In this document: positions 40,469 to 49,828 of the stretch, piece by piece
How the letters are laid out: the number at the start of each line of letters is the position of its first letter
How positions within the stretch are numbered: the first letter of the stretch is position 1
IMG/VR virus record: IMGVR_UViG_3300017917_003521
Direction: 5' to 3' (one strand)
Length of the DNA stretch: 61,745 nucleotides
Source: a virus
Lineage: Duplodnaviria > Heunggongvirae > Uroviricota > Caudoviricetes
Translations under genes and position numbers: made by a program
The notes under the pieces: generated by a model
Told to the model about the DNA's origin: nothing
Database searches by the model: none
What the model saw: only the letters and a program-made list of their open reading frames with translations

Positions 40469-42694
40469 ATGAGACTGTTTATCCTTGTTAGTTTATTATT
40501 TTTAAACTTGTTTACTTATGCACAATTTTGTCCTTTTTTAGGACCTGATCAATTTTTACCTTGTGGTGTTTCATCAACAACACTAACAGCTGATTTAAGT
40601 CAGTGTACACCTGGTAATAATCCAAATCAAACAACAAACTACGGAGTATCATCGATACCTTATGTAGCTCAAACAAATACAGGTAATCAGCTATTCATGG
40701 GTGATGATACTCAACAAGGACCATTTCAAATTGGATTTAACTTTTGTTACTTTGGACAAACCTACACACAATTTTGGGTTGGTTCGAATGGATGGATATC
40801 TTTCTCTGGTGGACAACCTACTACATTCACATCTGCTTCTATACCCAATGCGGCTTTTAATATACCAAAAAACTGTATAATGGGACCTTGGCAAGATTGG
40901 CATCCAGGAATCGGTGGTCAAATTAGATATCAAGTTCAAGGTACAGCTCCTTGTAGAAAATTAGTTGTTAGTTGGATTAATATGCCGATGTTTGGTTGTA
41001 CTCAAACTTTAGGTACTTTTCACATCGTAATATACGAATCATCAAATTATATTGAAAATCATATTCAATCTAAACAGTTTTGTAATTGGGCTAACGGTAC
41101 AGCTGTTCAAGGAATACACAATCAAGCAGGTACTATAGGAATCACAGTTCCTGGTAGAAACTCAACTCAATGGATTGCTAATAATGATGCTTGGAGATGG
41201 ACTCCATCTGGTCCAGTTGTAACACCTACTTTAACTTGGTATCAAATTGGTAACCCAAATCCAATTGGAACTGGACAAACAATTACAGTTAATCCACCAG
41301 CCGCTGGTGCAAACTATACTTGTAGATTTGTTTACCCTACTTGTAATGCTGGTTGGTCAAGTTGTAATACCGGTCAAGGTCTAGGTCCAGATACGGTATT
41401 TGTACAACCAGGTCCTCCTAATTTAAGTCCACCTGCTGTTAATATAACTGATCCAACTTGTCATAATAGTTGTGATGGTTCTATAAATATAGTTCCAAGT
41501 AGTGGTGTAGCTCCTTTTACTATATCTTGGACTAATCCAGTATTACCATCAAATTTCACTCAAATTGGTTTATGTAGTGGTCAATATTTATTTACTCTTC
41601 AAGATGCTTTGGGTTGTAATATATCATCTTTTGCTAATTTGATAAATCCAGATATGGTTGTTATAAATTCAATTAATGGATTAGATACAATATGCGCAAA
41701 CTCAACAACCAATACATATAATGTTCTATCTAACACCAATTTTAACTATACTTGGTCAACTACACTTGGTCAAATAACAAATGGTCAGGGAACTAATCAA
41801 ATTAATCTTAGTGCTAGTGGAATAAATGGTTCAATTTATAATACCAATATATCTGTTTATGCTGACTCTGCTGGTTGTTTAAGTCAAACAGAAAATTTAA
41901 ATGTTACTATTTTAGACGTTATTCCAAGTATTGATAATTTAGGTCCTTTTTGTGAATACGATAGTTGTGTAAATTTAACGGCTCAGCCAATAGGTGGATT
42001 TTTTACAGGAAATAATTTAGTTGGAACACAATACTGTCCAAATAACGGATTTATAGGAAGCGACACTGTATTATACACATACAACCAATCTGGTTGTCAA
42101 TTTACAGATAATATAATAGTTAATGTATTTGGTAGACCTTTAATATCTGAAATTTATAATGAACTAGGTGACCAAGGTTCGCAGTTTATAGAACTTTGTA
42201 TAGGAGATAGTATTACAAATACTTATATGGTTAATCAAATTGGAAACGGTATAAACATATGGGATTTTAACAATACTCAAATAACATCACAGAATCTTCA
42301 ATCAACGTGGAATCAAACAGGTGGTTTCTACATATCAGTTGTTAACTATGAAAATGGTTGTTATTCAAATCCTCAAGACTTTTATATAAATATAGAACAA
42401 TGTCCAGAAGATATAATCTATATTCCAAATAGTTTTACACCAAATGGTGATGAATTAAATCACTACTGGCTTCCTGTTTTAAGTCAAGGAATTGATGAAT
42501 ATGATTACAATCTTGTTATATTTAATAGATGGGGTAATATTTTATTTGAGTCAAATAATCCTTTAGTTGGCTGGGATGGATATTATCAAAACTTACCTTG
42601 TCCGGTTGGTGTTTATGTTTATAGAGTTAATTATAAACTAAAAGGAACAACAATTGAAAAAATTGTTATAGGACATATAAATTTATTAAAATAA
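40469..42694 (+). CDS. Secreted adhesin-like protein with a T9SS type-B (gliding-motility-associated) C-terminal domain
   Basis: Signal peptide; SprB-like PTC...CDGSI..G.APFT..W; YIPNSFTPNGD..N, IFNRWG, GWDG, GVYVY, GHINLLK. Confidence 0.88.
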   Translation: MRLFILVSLLFLNLFTYAQFCPFLGPDQFLPCGVSSTTLTADLSQCTPGNNPNQTTNYGVSSIPYVAQTNTGNQLFMGDDTQQGPFQIGFNFCYFGQTYTQFWVGSNGWISFSGGQPTTFTSASIPNAAFNIPKNCIMGPWQDWHPGIGGQIRYQVQGTAPCRKLVVSWINMPMFGCTQTLGTFHIVIYESSNYIENHIQSKQFCNWANGTAVQGIHNQAGTIGITVPGRNSTQWIANNDAWRWTPSGPVVTPTLTWYQIGNPNPIGTGQTITVNPPAAGANYTCRFVYPTCNAGWSSCNTGQGLGPDTVFVQPGPPNLSPPAVNITDPTCHNSCDGSINIVPSSGVAPFTISWTNPVLPSNFTQIGLCSGQYLFTLQDALGCNISSFANLINPDMVVINSINGLDTICANSTTNTYNVLSNTNFNYTWSTTLGQITNGQGTNQINLSASGINGSIYNTNISVYADSAGCLSQTENLNVTILDVIPSIDNLGPFCEYDSCVNLTAQPIGGFFTGNNLVGTQYCPNNGFIGSDTVLYTYNQSGCQFTDNIIVNVFGRPLISEIYNELGDQGSQFIELCIGDSITNTYMVNQIGNGINIWDFNNTQITSQNLQSTWNQTGGFYISVVNYENGCYSNPQDFYINIEQCPEDIIYIPNSFTPNGDELNHYWLPVLSQGIDEYDYNLVIFNRWGNILFESNNPLVGWDGYYQNLPCPVGVYVYRVNYKLKGTTIEKIVIGHINLLK

Positions 42695-42711
42695 ATTTGT
42701 ATATTTGTAGA

Positions 42712-43074
42712 ATGAAGAGAGAGAACATTTTAAATATGGTTGATAAAAAGATCGTTGAGTCCTTGGTTGAAGGACACGCTGTACGCTATATTCAAAGTGA
42801 ACTTGATAAAAAAATGCACACTTTTGCTTCTAAGATAAAAGAGAATGATAGAAGTATAGACCTTGTTAAACTACTCACAGTAGAGCCTGAGACTATCACT
42901 CCAAGTAAAGTTAAATGGCAAGTGATGTATATTAAAGAGTGTGGTAAGAGAATTAAAGATTTGGATTGGCTCATTAAAAACAAACATAAGTTTCCAAAAT
43001 TAAGTAACTCTCAAATATTTAACTTAATAAAACTTAAAGATAAACTTTCAAAAGAAAACGCTTTACCTTTCTAA
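42712..43074 (+). CDS. Hypothetical protein, paralog of 1620-1955 (start reassigned)
   Basis: TATATTTG at 42700-42707 then ATG at 42712; shared WL..NKHKFP.L. Confidence 0.72.
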   Translation: MKRENILNMVDKKIVESLVEGHAVRYIQSELDKKMHTFASKIKENDRSIDLVKLLTVEPETITPSKVKWQVMYIKECGKRIKDLDWLIKNKHKFPKLSNSQIFNLIKLKDKLSKENALPF

Positions 43075-43114
43075 TTTATTTGGCAAATTAAGAATTTATT
43101 CTTATATTTGTCTT

Positions 43115-43348
43115 ATGAAAATCACTACAGAAAATAAAGCAATACTTTGGTCAGTTCTTGAAAAATATGACGGCATTAAAGAATATGAAAAGTTCTGCGA
43201 TGCTATATCTAATATAATTCAAGGTAAAGTAACAAGTGGTGAGTTACTAACTGTTTATAGTACACTTTATATTCTTGATTTATCTGACAAAAATAAAATT
43301 GATAACACAATAGGTGCTGATATTGAAGCTTGTTTGTTTTCTATTTAA
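43115..43348 (+). CDS. Hypothetical protein
   Basis: TATATTTG 4 nt before the ATG. Confidence 0.7.
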   Translation: MKITTENKAILWSVLEKYDGIKEYEKFCDAISNIIQGKVTSGELLTVYSTLYILDLSDKNKIDNTIGADIEACLFSI

Positions 43349-43427
43349 ACATGTAACATCATGATGCCTATTCTTAAATAAATACTCACGAATTTGTTGA
43401 TTTTTAGACACTGGATTTTTTATAAGT

Positions 43428-43453
43428 AAAAAACCTCTCAATTTGAGAGGTTT
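43428..43453. terminator. Intrinsic terminator
   Basis: AAACCTCTCA-AATT-TGAGAGGTTT. Confidence 0.75.
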
Positions 43454-44192
43454 ATTTTTTTATCCATTGTTTGAATTTCAAAACAGATTCTTTTAATGAT
43501 TCTACAAAATCAAGTTCTCTTAAAAAGTCTCCAAAGTCCTCAAGGTATCCTTTTTTACTTTCATCAAGTTCATCTTTTGTCCATTGCCAGTTAAATGAAA
43601 GAACATCTGGAGTTTTGAAACCAAAGAAACCAAGAACTTGTTTTTCCAACTTAACAGCATCTGCGCCATTCCAATTGTGACCGGTTGCTACTATACCAGC
43701 TTCTTTATCTTTTAGTAAGTTAGATTCACCTAAAGTATTGTGTCTATTTTCTAACCAAGTTAATCTTTCTACTAACTCAGCATATATAGCATTCATTTTA
43801 CCCCAACGAATAGAACCAAAGAAAATAACTATATCAGCATCAAAGATAGCATTTGCTACTTTATACATCTCGTCAGATTTATTATTTAGAGATGCCCAAC
43901 ATCTAATATGACCTGTTGGATTTTTTTCTTTATCATCTAACTTAGCATCTTTAAGACCACAAGTGTTTCCTCTTTTTGTTGATACATTACCTTCACAAGG
44001 AAATATTTTCAACTTAGAAACGTTAATAAGTTCAATATTATCTGAACCTAACTTTTTAATAAGTTCATCAGCAATCATAGAAGATTTTGGTAACTCTTTA
44101 TCACCTTCCCATCGATTAGAAGTTGTTAAGAAAAGTATTTTTTTACCTTTCTTTTGTTTAAGATACTTATATAGTTTTTTTAGAGAATCCAT
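43452..44192 (-). CDS. Flavodoxin-like / NADPH-dependent FMN reductase family protein
   Basis: ILFLTTSNR, IFPCEGNVS..C..RCWAS..DEM, ADIVIFFGSIRWG. Confidence 0.8.
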   Translation of the reverse strand: MDSLKKLYKYLKQKKGKKILFLTTSNRWEGDKELPKSSMIADELIKKLGSDNIELINVSKLKIFPCEGNVSTKRGNTCGLKDAKLDDKEKNPTGHIRCWASLNNKSDEMYKVANAIFDADIVIFFGSIRWGKMNAIYAELVERLTWLENRHNTLGESNLLKDKEAGIVATGHNWNGADAVKLEKQVLGFFGFKTPDVLSFNWQWTKDELDESKKGYLEDFGDFLRELDFVESLKESVLKFKQWIKK

Positions 44193-44204
44193 ATAATCTA
44201 TATA

Positions 44205-44828
44205 TTAAATTTTAACTTTACAAAGATTAATAAAGTTATCTAAAATTGGAAAAGTCTTATTTATATTTTCTGGATGAAAAAGTGTTCCAAATCTATCTTT
44301 ACCATTTGATATACCTGCTATCTTACCATCAATCTCAGCAATAACTTTAAAACCATTAGGAACATCTACCGGAAAATCATGAAAACAAATAGAAACTTCA
44401 GTATTATCTAAATCAATATTATTAAAAATAACTTCATTATCATAATTATCTAAAATAGTATTTTTACAAACTTCATCACCAGAACCTATTTCAGAGCCAT
44501 AGTATTTAGCCATAGATTGAAAACCATAGCAAATTCCATAAACAGGACATTCTAATAGTTCTAAAGCAGCAAAGTTTAATTCATTGGTTTCTATATCATT
44601 TACTCTAAAGTCAGAGCCAGTTGAGATAGCACCAATTATATTAAAATTATTAATACAATCTTTTAAATCATCAACTGTTTCAACTATTTTATAGCTAACA
44701 TCTGTTGTATCTAAATACTTTAAAACATTATTCAAGTATTTATGCTTTGGTGGTTTTGAATTATCAATCACCAAAAAATAATCTTCTTTATAAGAGTTGA
44801 ATTCCTTAAATAATCTTAGATGTTTCAT
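44205..44828 (-). CDS. Class I glutamine amidotransferase domain with N-terminal MKHL motif (start reassigned)
   Basis: PVYGICYGFQ, FHPE triad; starts MKHLRLFKEF. Confidence 0.85.
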   Translation of the reverse strand: MKHLRLFKEFNSYKEDYFLVIDNSKPPKHKYLNNVLKYLDTTDVSYKIVETVDDLKDCINNFNIIGAISTGSDFRVNDIETNELNFAALELLECPVYGICYGFQSMAKYYGSEIGSGDEVCKNTILDNYDNEVIFNNIDLDNTEVSICFHDFPVDVPNGFKVIAEIDGKIAGISNGKDRFGTLFHPENINKTFPILDNFINLCKVKI

Positions 44829-44867
44829 TAAAACTATATATAAAAAAATGAATTTAATATATACTTT

Positions 44868-45425
44868 ATGAAATATCTCAAACAATTTGAATCTAAAGAA
44901 ACTCCAGAAGAGTTGATGTTGAAATATGCTGATGATATCATCAGAGTTTATGTTACTTATGATAAAGAGTTTAATGACGATTTAAATATTAGATTATCAA
45001 ATGTAATTTGGAACTGTTCAGTAGGTGATGAATATGGCGAAGCTGGTGTTTTAACTGAAGAAATGATGCGTCAGGTTATTGAAGATCACAAAGGTGCTTG
45101 GAGAGCTATTGACCAACTACTTGAAGTTTATTATGATTGTAAACCATTTGTTGATTCATTAAACAAAGACTTAGAAAAAGATATTGAAGAAATATTTTTA
45201 GATTACTCTGACATGGGTCAAGTAAAAGTTTATAAGACATCTAAGTTTAATGATGATAGATATTCGGTTGATATAAGAATGAAAGATATATTTTTTCAAA
45301 TTAACTTTGAAGAAGTTTTCGGTAGAATAAAAGATTTAGGATTTGAATCGTATCACGTTGATGGTATCAAAAACGGTTCTACTGAATATATGAAAATTGA
45401 ATTTTGGAAACCACTACCAAAATAA
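44868..45425 (+). CDS. MKHL-motif family protein
   Basis: MKYLKQFES; TAATATATA directly upstream. Confidence 0.78.
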   Translation: MKYLKQFESKETPEELMLKYADDIIRVYVTYDKEFNDDLNIRLSNVIWNCSVGDEYGEAGVLTEEMMRQVIEDHKGAWRAIDQLLEVYYDCKPFVDSLNKDLEKDIEEIFLDYSDMGQVKVYKTSKFNDDRYSVDIRMKDIFFQINFEEVFGRIKDLGFESYHVDGIKNGSTEYMKIEFWKPLPK

Positions 45426-45435
45426 GATGAAGAAT

Positions 45436-45461
45436 AAAAAACCCACTCTAAAGTGGGTTTT
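45436..45461. terminator. Bidirectional intrinsic terminator
   Basis: AAAAAACCCACT-CTAA-AGTGGGTTTT. Confidence 0.85.
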
Positions 45462-45467
45462 AATTTT

Positions 45468-46442
45468 TTAATCAAGTAAGTTATTATCAACTCTTTCTTT
45501 TAGTCTTCCTATAGCTCTTACTAATTCACCACCAACTTGCATTACAACTGGATGGTTAAATTCATTTAATGTACTTGCTATAGTATCAAGATGTCTGATT
45601 TCACTTTCTATACCTCTTAATTCTGTTTCAAGATCTGAGTATATTTTACTCTTATTGGACTCAACTAGTTCATTAACATTGTTTTCTAACATCTGCTCTA
45701 GTTCTCTAACTCTTTTCTGTTCAGTTTCAAGCTCTTTTTCACGTTTTGAAAGATTAGCTAAATCATTATCTATTTTACTTTGAAGTTCAGCATATTTAGA
45801 ATCTACTTCTTTAGCTGACATTAAAGCAGTTTTATCAAGGTTTCTTTCTCTTTCATTTAACTCTTGATATTTCTCTTGAAGACTTGCTTCTTTTTCAGCC
45901 AGAACTCTATTTTTTGATCTAATCTCATCATCTTTCTTTTCAAGAGTTTTAAGGTCCAATTTATATTCTTCTTCTCTTTTTTCAACTCTTTTCATTCTGA
46001 TTTCGATTTCATCTTCTCTATCTTTGATTCTTCTTTCTCTTGAATCTAAATCAGAATCTCTTCTATCTAATTCTCTTTTGAAAGAATTCAACTCAGAATC
46101 TCTTCTCTCAACCTCTCTCATCAAGTTTGGATCAACTGATCCACCAGTTGTTTGTTGAATTGAAGACATAATCATCTCTTCAAAGAAAGGAATTAATTTT
46201 TTACCTAATTGAGCAGGTTGAGGCATTTTTTCAGCTCTCATAAATGTTAGTAGTTCAGCTTTCCAGTCTATTGGATCGAAAAGTTGTGGGTTTGCCTCAA
46301 CTATATCTCTATCGATTGGAATATTTTCACCTTTTAATTTATAGAGGTATTCTTCAATTATTGTGCCTGATTTTATTAAAAAAATCTTCTTATCAGGTGT
46401 TATATATTGATAGTCAGCTAGAAGTTTGTGTTTAATTTTCAT
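45468..46442 (-). CDS. Long coiled-coil protein
   Basis: Charged heptad repeats (RRDSEL, RRDSDL, KREEE). Confidence 0.8.
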   Translation of the reverse strand: MKIKHKLLADYQYITPDKKIFLIKSGTIIEEYLYKLKGENIPIDRDIVEANPQLFDPIDWKAELLTFMRAEKMPQPAQLGKKLIPFFEEMIMSSIQQTTGGSVDPNLMREVERRDSELNSFKRELDRRDSDLDSRERRIKDREDEIEIRMKRVEKREEEYKLDLKTLEKKDDEIRSKNRVLAEKEASLQEKYQELNERERNLDKTALMSAKEVDSKYAELQSKIDNDLANLSKREKELETEQKRVRELEQMLENNVNELVESNKSKIYSDLETELRGIESEIRHLDTIASTLNEFNHPVVMQVGGELVRAIGRLKERVDNNLLD

Positions 46443-46515
46443 ATTTTAAAATAAAAAATTTAATGTATATATTAAAAACCTTTGTTTTTGTTTTAATTTT
46501 CGGTATATTTGTGGA

Positions 46516-47010
46516 ATGGTATCTCTCAATAAAGAATATAATCAAATTGTGAACCTTACTAAGTTCAATGTGAACTTCAGTAAGTTTATTCATAATAATG
46601 ATCTTTTGAGTCATAGCCCAGACTATATTCTTGAAAAGTATAATCATTGGATTGGATTTGAACCAACAGTTGAATTCAAAGTTTACACTCCAGATAGTAT
46701 GACTGATTTTTTTCTACAATATAGTAAAAGATGGGCAACTTATGATAGGTATTGTAAAGTTGACCCAAGTACAGGAAAGAGTCGTGTTAAGAATATTTTG
46801 ATGTATCTTTATTCAACTCAAAGTATGAATTTAGTACAAATGTCTGAGAAGTTTGAAGAGTATATCGGACCTATGAATATGATATCAGATGTACCAGATA
46901 AAAGAGGACTACATCAACTAACAGAAAAATTTGTTGGTGAAGTATTAGAAAAAAACAATGACAATATGAAAATTGTCTTACGAGATATGAAAATTGGAAG
47001 TATAATATAA
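46516..47010 (+). CDS. Hypothetical protein with C-terminal tag
   Basis: TATATTTG 4 nt before the ATG; ends RDMKIGSII. Confidence 0.72.
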   Translation: MVSLNKEYNQIVNLTKFNVNFSKFIHNNDLLSHSPDYILEKYNHWIGFEPTVEFKVYTPDSMTDFFLQYSKRWATYDRYCKVDPSTGKSRVKNILMYLYSTQSMNLVQMSEKFEEYIGPMNMISDVPDKRGLHQLTEKFVGEVLEKNNDNMKIVLRDMKIGSII

Positions 47011-47012
47011 TT

Positions 47013-47221
47013 TAACTAAAGAAGGACGTGTAGCACTACCCGTAAGGATGTGAGCAAAACTCAGCCAATCTTTGCTTAAGATAGGAGACCTAATAAGTCG
47101 ATAGCACTATCGAGGATTAAACTCAAAATAGACTAGCGGGTGAGCAACGCAATGATGTCGAGGTAGAGGACAATAGATAAATTACACGATAAAGCAGAAG
47201 GCTGGTTATTCTCTTTAGTTA
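47013..47221 (+). ncRNA. rnpB: Minimal RNase P RNA
   Basis: P1 TAACTAAAGA/TCTTTAGTTA; P2 CGTGTAG/TTACACG; P3 hairpin; P4 AAC(U)CAGCC/GGCTGGTT with bulged U; GAGCAA; P15 loop containing GGU; AGATAAAT; CAGAA before the 3' P4 strand. Confidence 0.88.
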
Positions 47222-47770
47222 TATTATATTATTAGATTTAAGATCTCTATTATATTTACTACAAAGAGGTTGTAAATTTGTAAAATGATTTAGTTTGTAA
47301 ATTTCTTCTTCTGTTTTTGCTGATGATACCGGTATTATATGGTCGATATCCCAACCATAGTTAAACTCACCATTGTATAAACCTCTGTTTTCCCAATTCA
47401 TCCAATTCTCAAATTTAGATTCTAAGTATAATTTAAATTCTTCAAATGAGCAACCAAGTATAGATTCTGTTTTAATATTCTTTGAAAACCCATTTCTTAA
47501 TATAGCAGTTCTAATATTTCTAGAAATTGATGATCTTATAGCAAATAAAGGATTTGTTTTTCTTTTCTCTTTTAATTGCTCACTTCTTGATTTTTTTCTT
47601 TTCTCTTTATTTTCTAACTCCCATCTTTTCTGTCTATCTCTTGTCTTATCTCTGTTATTTTCCCTGTAAGATTTTGAATTTTGTCTATGACAAACTTTAC
47701 AAATTCCTTTGTGTTTATAGAATTCATTTAAGTCCTTATCTACATTACATTTTTTACAAATTTTAGACAT
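47219..47770 (-). CDS. HNH homing endonuclease (start reassigned to 47770)
   Basis: KICKKC..K...EF..CKVC; LGCS..E.K..LES.F..WMNWEN.G..WDIDHIIP..LNHFTNLQPL...N. Confidence 0.88.
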   Translation of the reverse strand: MSKICKKCNVDKDLNEFYKHKGICKVCHRQNSKSYRENNRDKTRDRQKRWELENKEKRKKSRSEQLKEKRKTNPLFAIRSSISRNIRTAILRNGFSKNIKTESILGCSFEEFKLYLESKFENWMNWENRGLYNGEFNYGWDIDHIIPVSSAKTEEEIYKLNHFTNLQPLCSKYNRDLKSNNII

Positions 47771-47818
47771 ATTTTTATATATTAAAAATCTTTTAGTATA
47801 TTTGTAGGTATAAATAAT

Positions 47819-48433
47819 ATGGAACAAAAGTTAAAAGATTACATAGGTGGTAAAACTCATTACACACCTATTATGAATATCATCATTAACAATCGTTCAG
47901 AGAATTGGTATGCTGAATTGGGTAAGTATATCGCTGAAAACTTAGATGTTGAAAAAATACCCTATTTAAGTTTCTTTGTTGATAAGTTAAAAGAAAGAAA
48001 AGGTATTATCACAAAAATTAAAGATTTTATTAGTCCAGAAAGTAGAACTTATACGTCTATTGCTATCAACTTTCTAACAGGGGTGTTAGATGAAGAAGCA
48101 TTAGAGAATATGTTTGGTAAACCAATCTTTCATAGTGAATTCGGTGAAGGATTTCATGGTGAGTATGATGAAGAAACTGACGAATATGGAGAACATGAAA
48201 TTAAAGAATCTTACGCTTCTTATTTTGTAAATATCAATGGAACTGAGTTTCACATCGGTTACGACCATCGTGGAACAAACATTGAAATTCAAATAACAAA
48301 TAAATTCAATTCTACATCAAGTGATTCTTTAAATCGAGTGCAAATATACATGAATAAATTTACTGATGAAGATGCTAAAAAATGTTTTGAATCTCTAAAA
48401 AAAATCGTAGATTTGTATAAAATTAAAAACTAA
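47819..48433 (+). CDS. Hypothetical protein
   Basis: ORF track; TATATTTG at ~47797. Confidence 0.75.
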   Translation: MEQKLKDYIGGKTHYTPIMNIIINNRSENWYAELGKYIAENLDVEKIPYLSFFVDKLKERKGIITKIKDFISPESRTYTSIAINFLTGVLDEEALENMFGKPIFHSEFGEGFHGEYDEETDEYGEHEIKESYASYFVNINGTEFHIGYDHRGTNIEIQITNKFNSTSSDSLNRVQIYMNKFTDEDAKKCFESLKKIVDLYKIKN

Positions 48434-48445
48434 AAATAGATAAAA

Positions 48446-48916
48446 ATGAAAATGATTAAATTTTTGATGTTGGCTCTTGTAGCGACAATGTTCTTAACTT
48501 CTTGTACTGAGAACTACTCTAATGGTGAACGTATTGGTATGATTACTAAATTTTCGCAAAAGGGTCTTGTTTGGAACTCTTGGGAAGGTTCTTTGAATAC
48601 AACTCAAACTGGTATGAACTCTGCTACTCCTTTTGAGTTCTCTGTTGATAATGATGTGAATGATCCTAAAGTAATTGCTACTTTAGATTCAGCTGCAACC
48701 GAAGGATGGAAAGTTAAGATTAAATATCATGAAACTTGGGGTAAGAACTGGTTATCTAATAGAGGTGAGACTAACTACTTTGTTAAAGATGTTGAAGTAT
48801 TAGATAAAGATCCAATGGGTAGTGTTTTTGGAAATAAAAACAGTGGTAATACAAGTGGTAAAGTTATTGATACAATTTATGTGGTAATTGTACCAAAAGA
48901 AAAAGTAATAAGATAA
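48446..48916 (+). CDS. Lipoprotein
   Basis: Signal peptide II with lipobox LTSC; YS.GER.G...KFSQKG....WEG. Confidence 0.82.
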   Translation: MKMIKFLMLALVATMFLTSCTENYSNGERIGMITKFSQKGLVWNSWEGSLNTTQTGMNSATPFEFSVDNDVNDPKVIATLDSAATEGWKVKIKYHETWGKNWLSNRGETNYFVKDVEVLDKDPMGSVFGNKNSGNTSGKVIDTIYVVIVPKEKVIR

Positions 48917-49129
48917 ATGGCTATAAGAAAAGGAGATAAACTTTTGTGTACCAAGGAGGTTAATAACGTCTTTGGTATGCCTCTTTTTAAAAAAGATGAA
49001 GTATATGAAGTACTTTGTGTTGATAATGAAAAAGTAAAAACATATATTACCTTAAATCATATCCTTTATGCTAATGAGTATATGGAACATGAACTAGAAT
49101 GGGTGTTAAAACATTTCAAGCAATTATGA
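48917..49129 (+). CDS. SH3-like small protein
   Basis: KGDKLLC..F.K...YEV. Confidence 0.68.
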   Translation: MAIRKGDKLLCTKEVNNVFGMPLFKKDEVYEVLCVDNEKVKTYITLNHILYANEYMEHELEWVLKHFKQL

Positions 49130-49581
49130 TAAACGATAAAGTTAAAATGATTATAGAAAATCTAACACTATCTACTAAAAATGGAGAGTTGGATTGGATG
49201 GATAAAGGTTCACCTGATAAAAGAAACTATCATCGTGAGTATTATGCTATTGCTGAGGATGGTACAAGATATGAAACAGAAGTTAAATACACACTAGGTA
49301 ATAGTGGTGTTTGGCAATTAGAGTCAGCTCCTTCTATATGGGTTAGAAATGAAAAACTACCTAACGGTGCTTATTATATCTATGGTGGTAATACTGATGT
49401 AAGAGATATTATTGTTGAATTCCGAAAAGTAATAATGGATAAGTATTGTAAAGATATGAAACCATCTGAAAAGATAGTTGAAGATGCTTTAGAAAATATC
49501 GCTAAAGGTATTAGTTTATCTACTTATCGTGATAATAAGTTAAACAAGATTCTTAATGTTTTCAAATTATCTGGTAAGTAA
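49126..49581 (+). CDS. Hypothetical protein with near-C-terminal tag (start reassigned)
   Basis: RDNKLNKIL. Confidence 0.72.
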   Translation: MINDKVKMIIENLTLSTKNGELDWMDKGSPDKRNYHREYYAIAEDGTRYETEVKYTLGNSGVWQLESAPSIWVRNEKLPNGAYYIYGGNTDVRDIIVEFRKVIMDKYCKDMKPSEKIVEDALENIAKGISLSTYRDNKLNKILNVFKLSGK

Positions 49582-49828
49582 TAAACTATATCTTAAAAAA
49601 GATATTAGTATTGAGTGTGCTGAAATTATAAATAATAGACCAAGTAATATTCATGAATGGGTTGAATTAAAAGAATCAATAAATATTCTTTCAATTGACA
49701 ATAATGAATTCATTTTTATGAAAGGTGATAAAAAATATATTTATTGGTGTGATGTTAGTATTTTCTTCAAACTCAGATGTAAAAATAAAGCCGAGATAAG
49801 AGAAATGAATTTAAATAAGATTTTATAA
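49556..49828 (+). CDS. Hypothetical protein with C-terminal tag
   Basis: Ends REMNLNKIL. Confidence 0.68.
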   Translation: MFSNYLVSNKLYLKKDISIECAEIINNRPSNIHEWVELKESINILSIDNNEFIFMKGDKKYIYWCDVSIFFKLRCKNKAEIREMNLNKIL

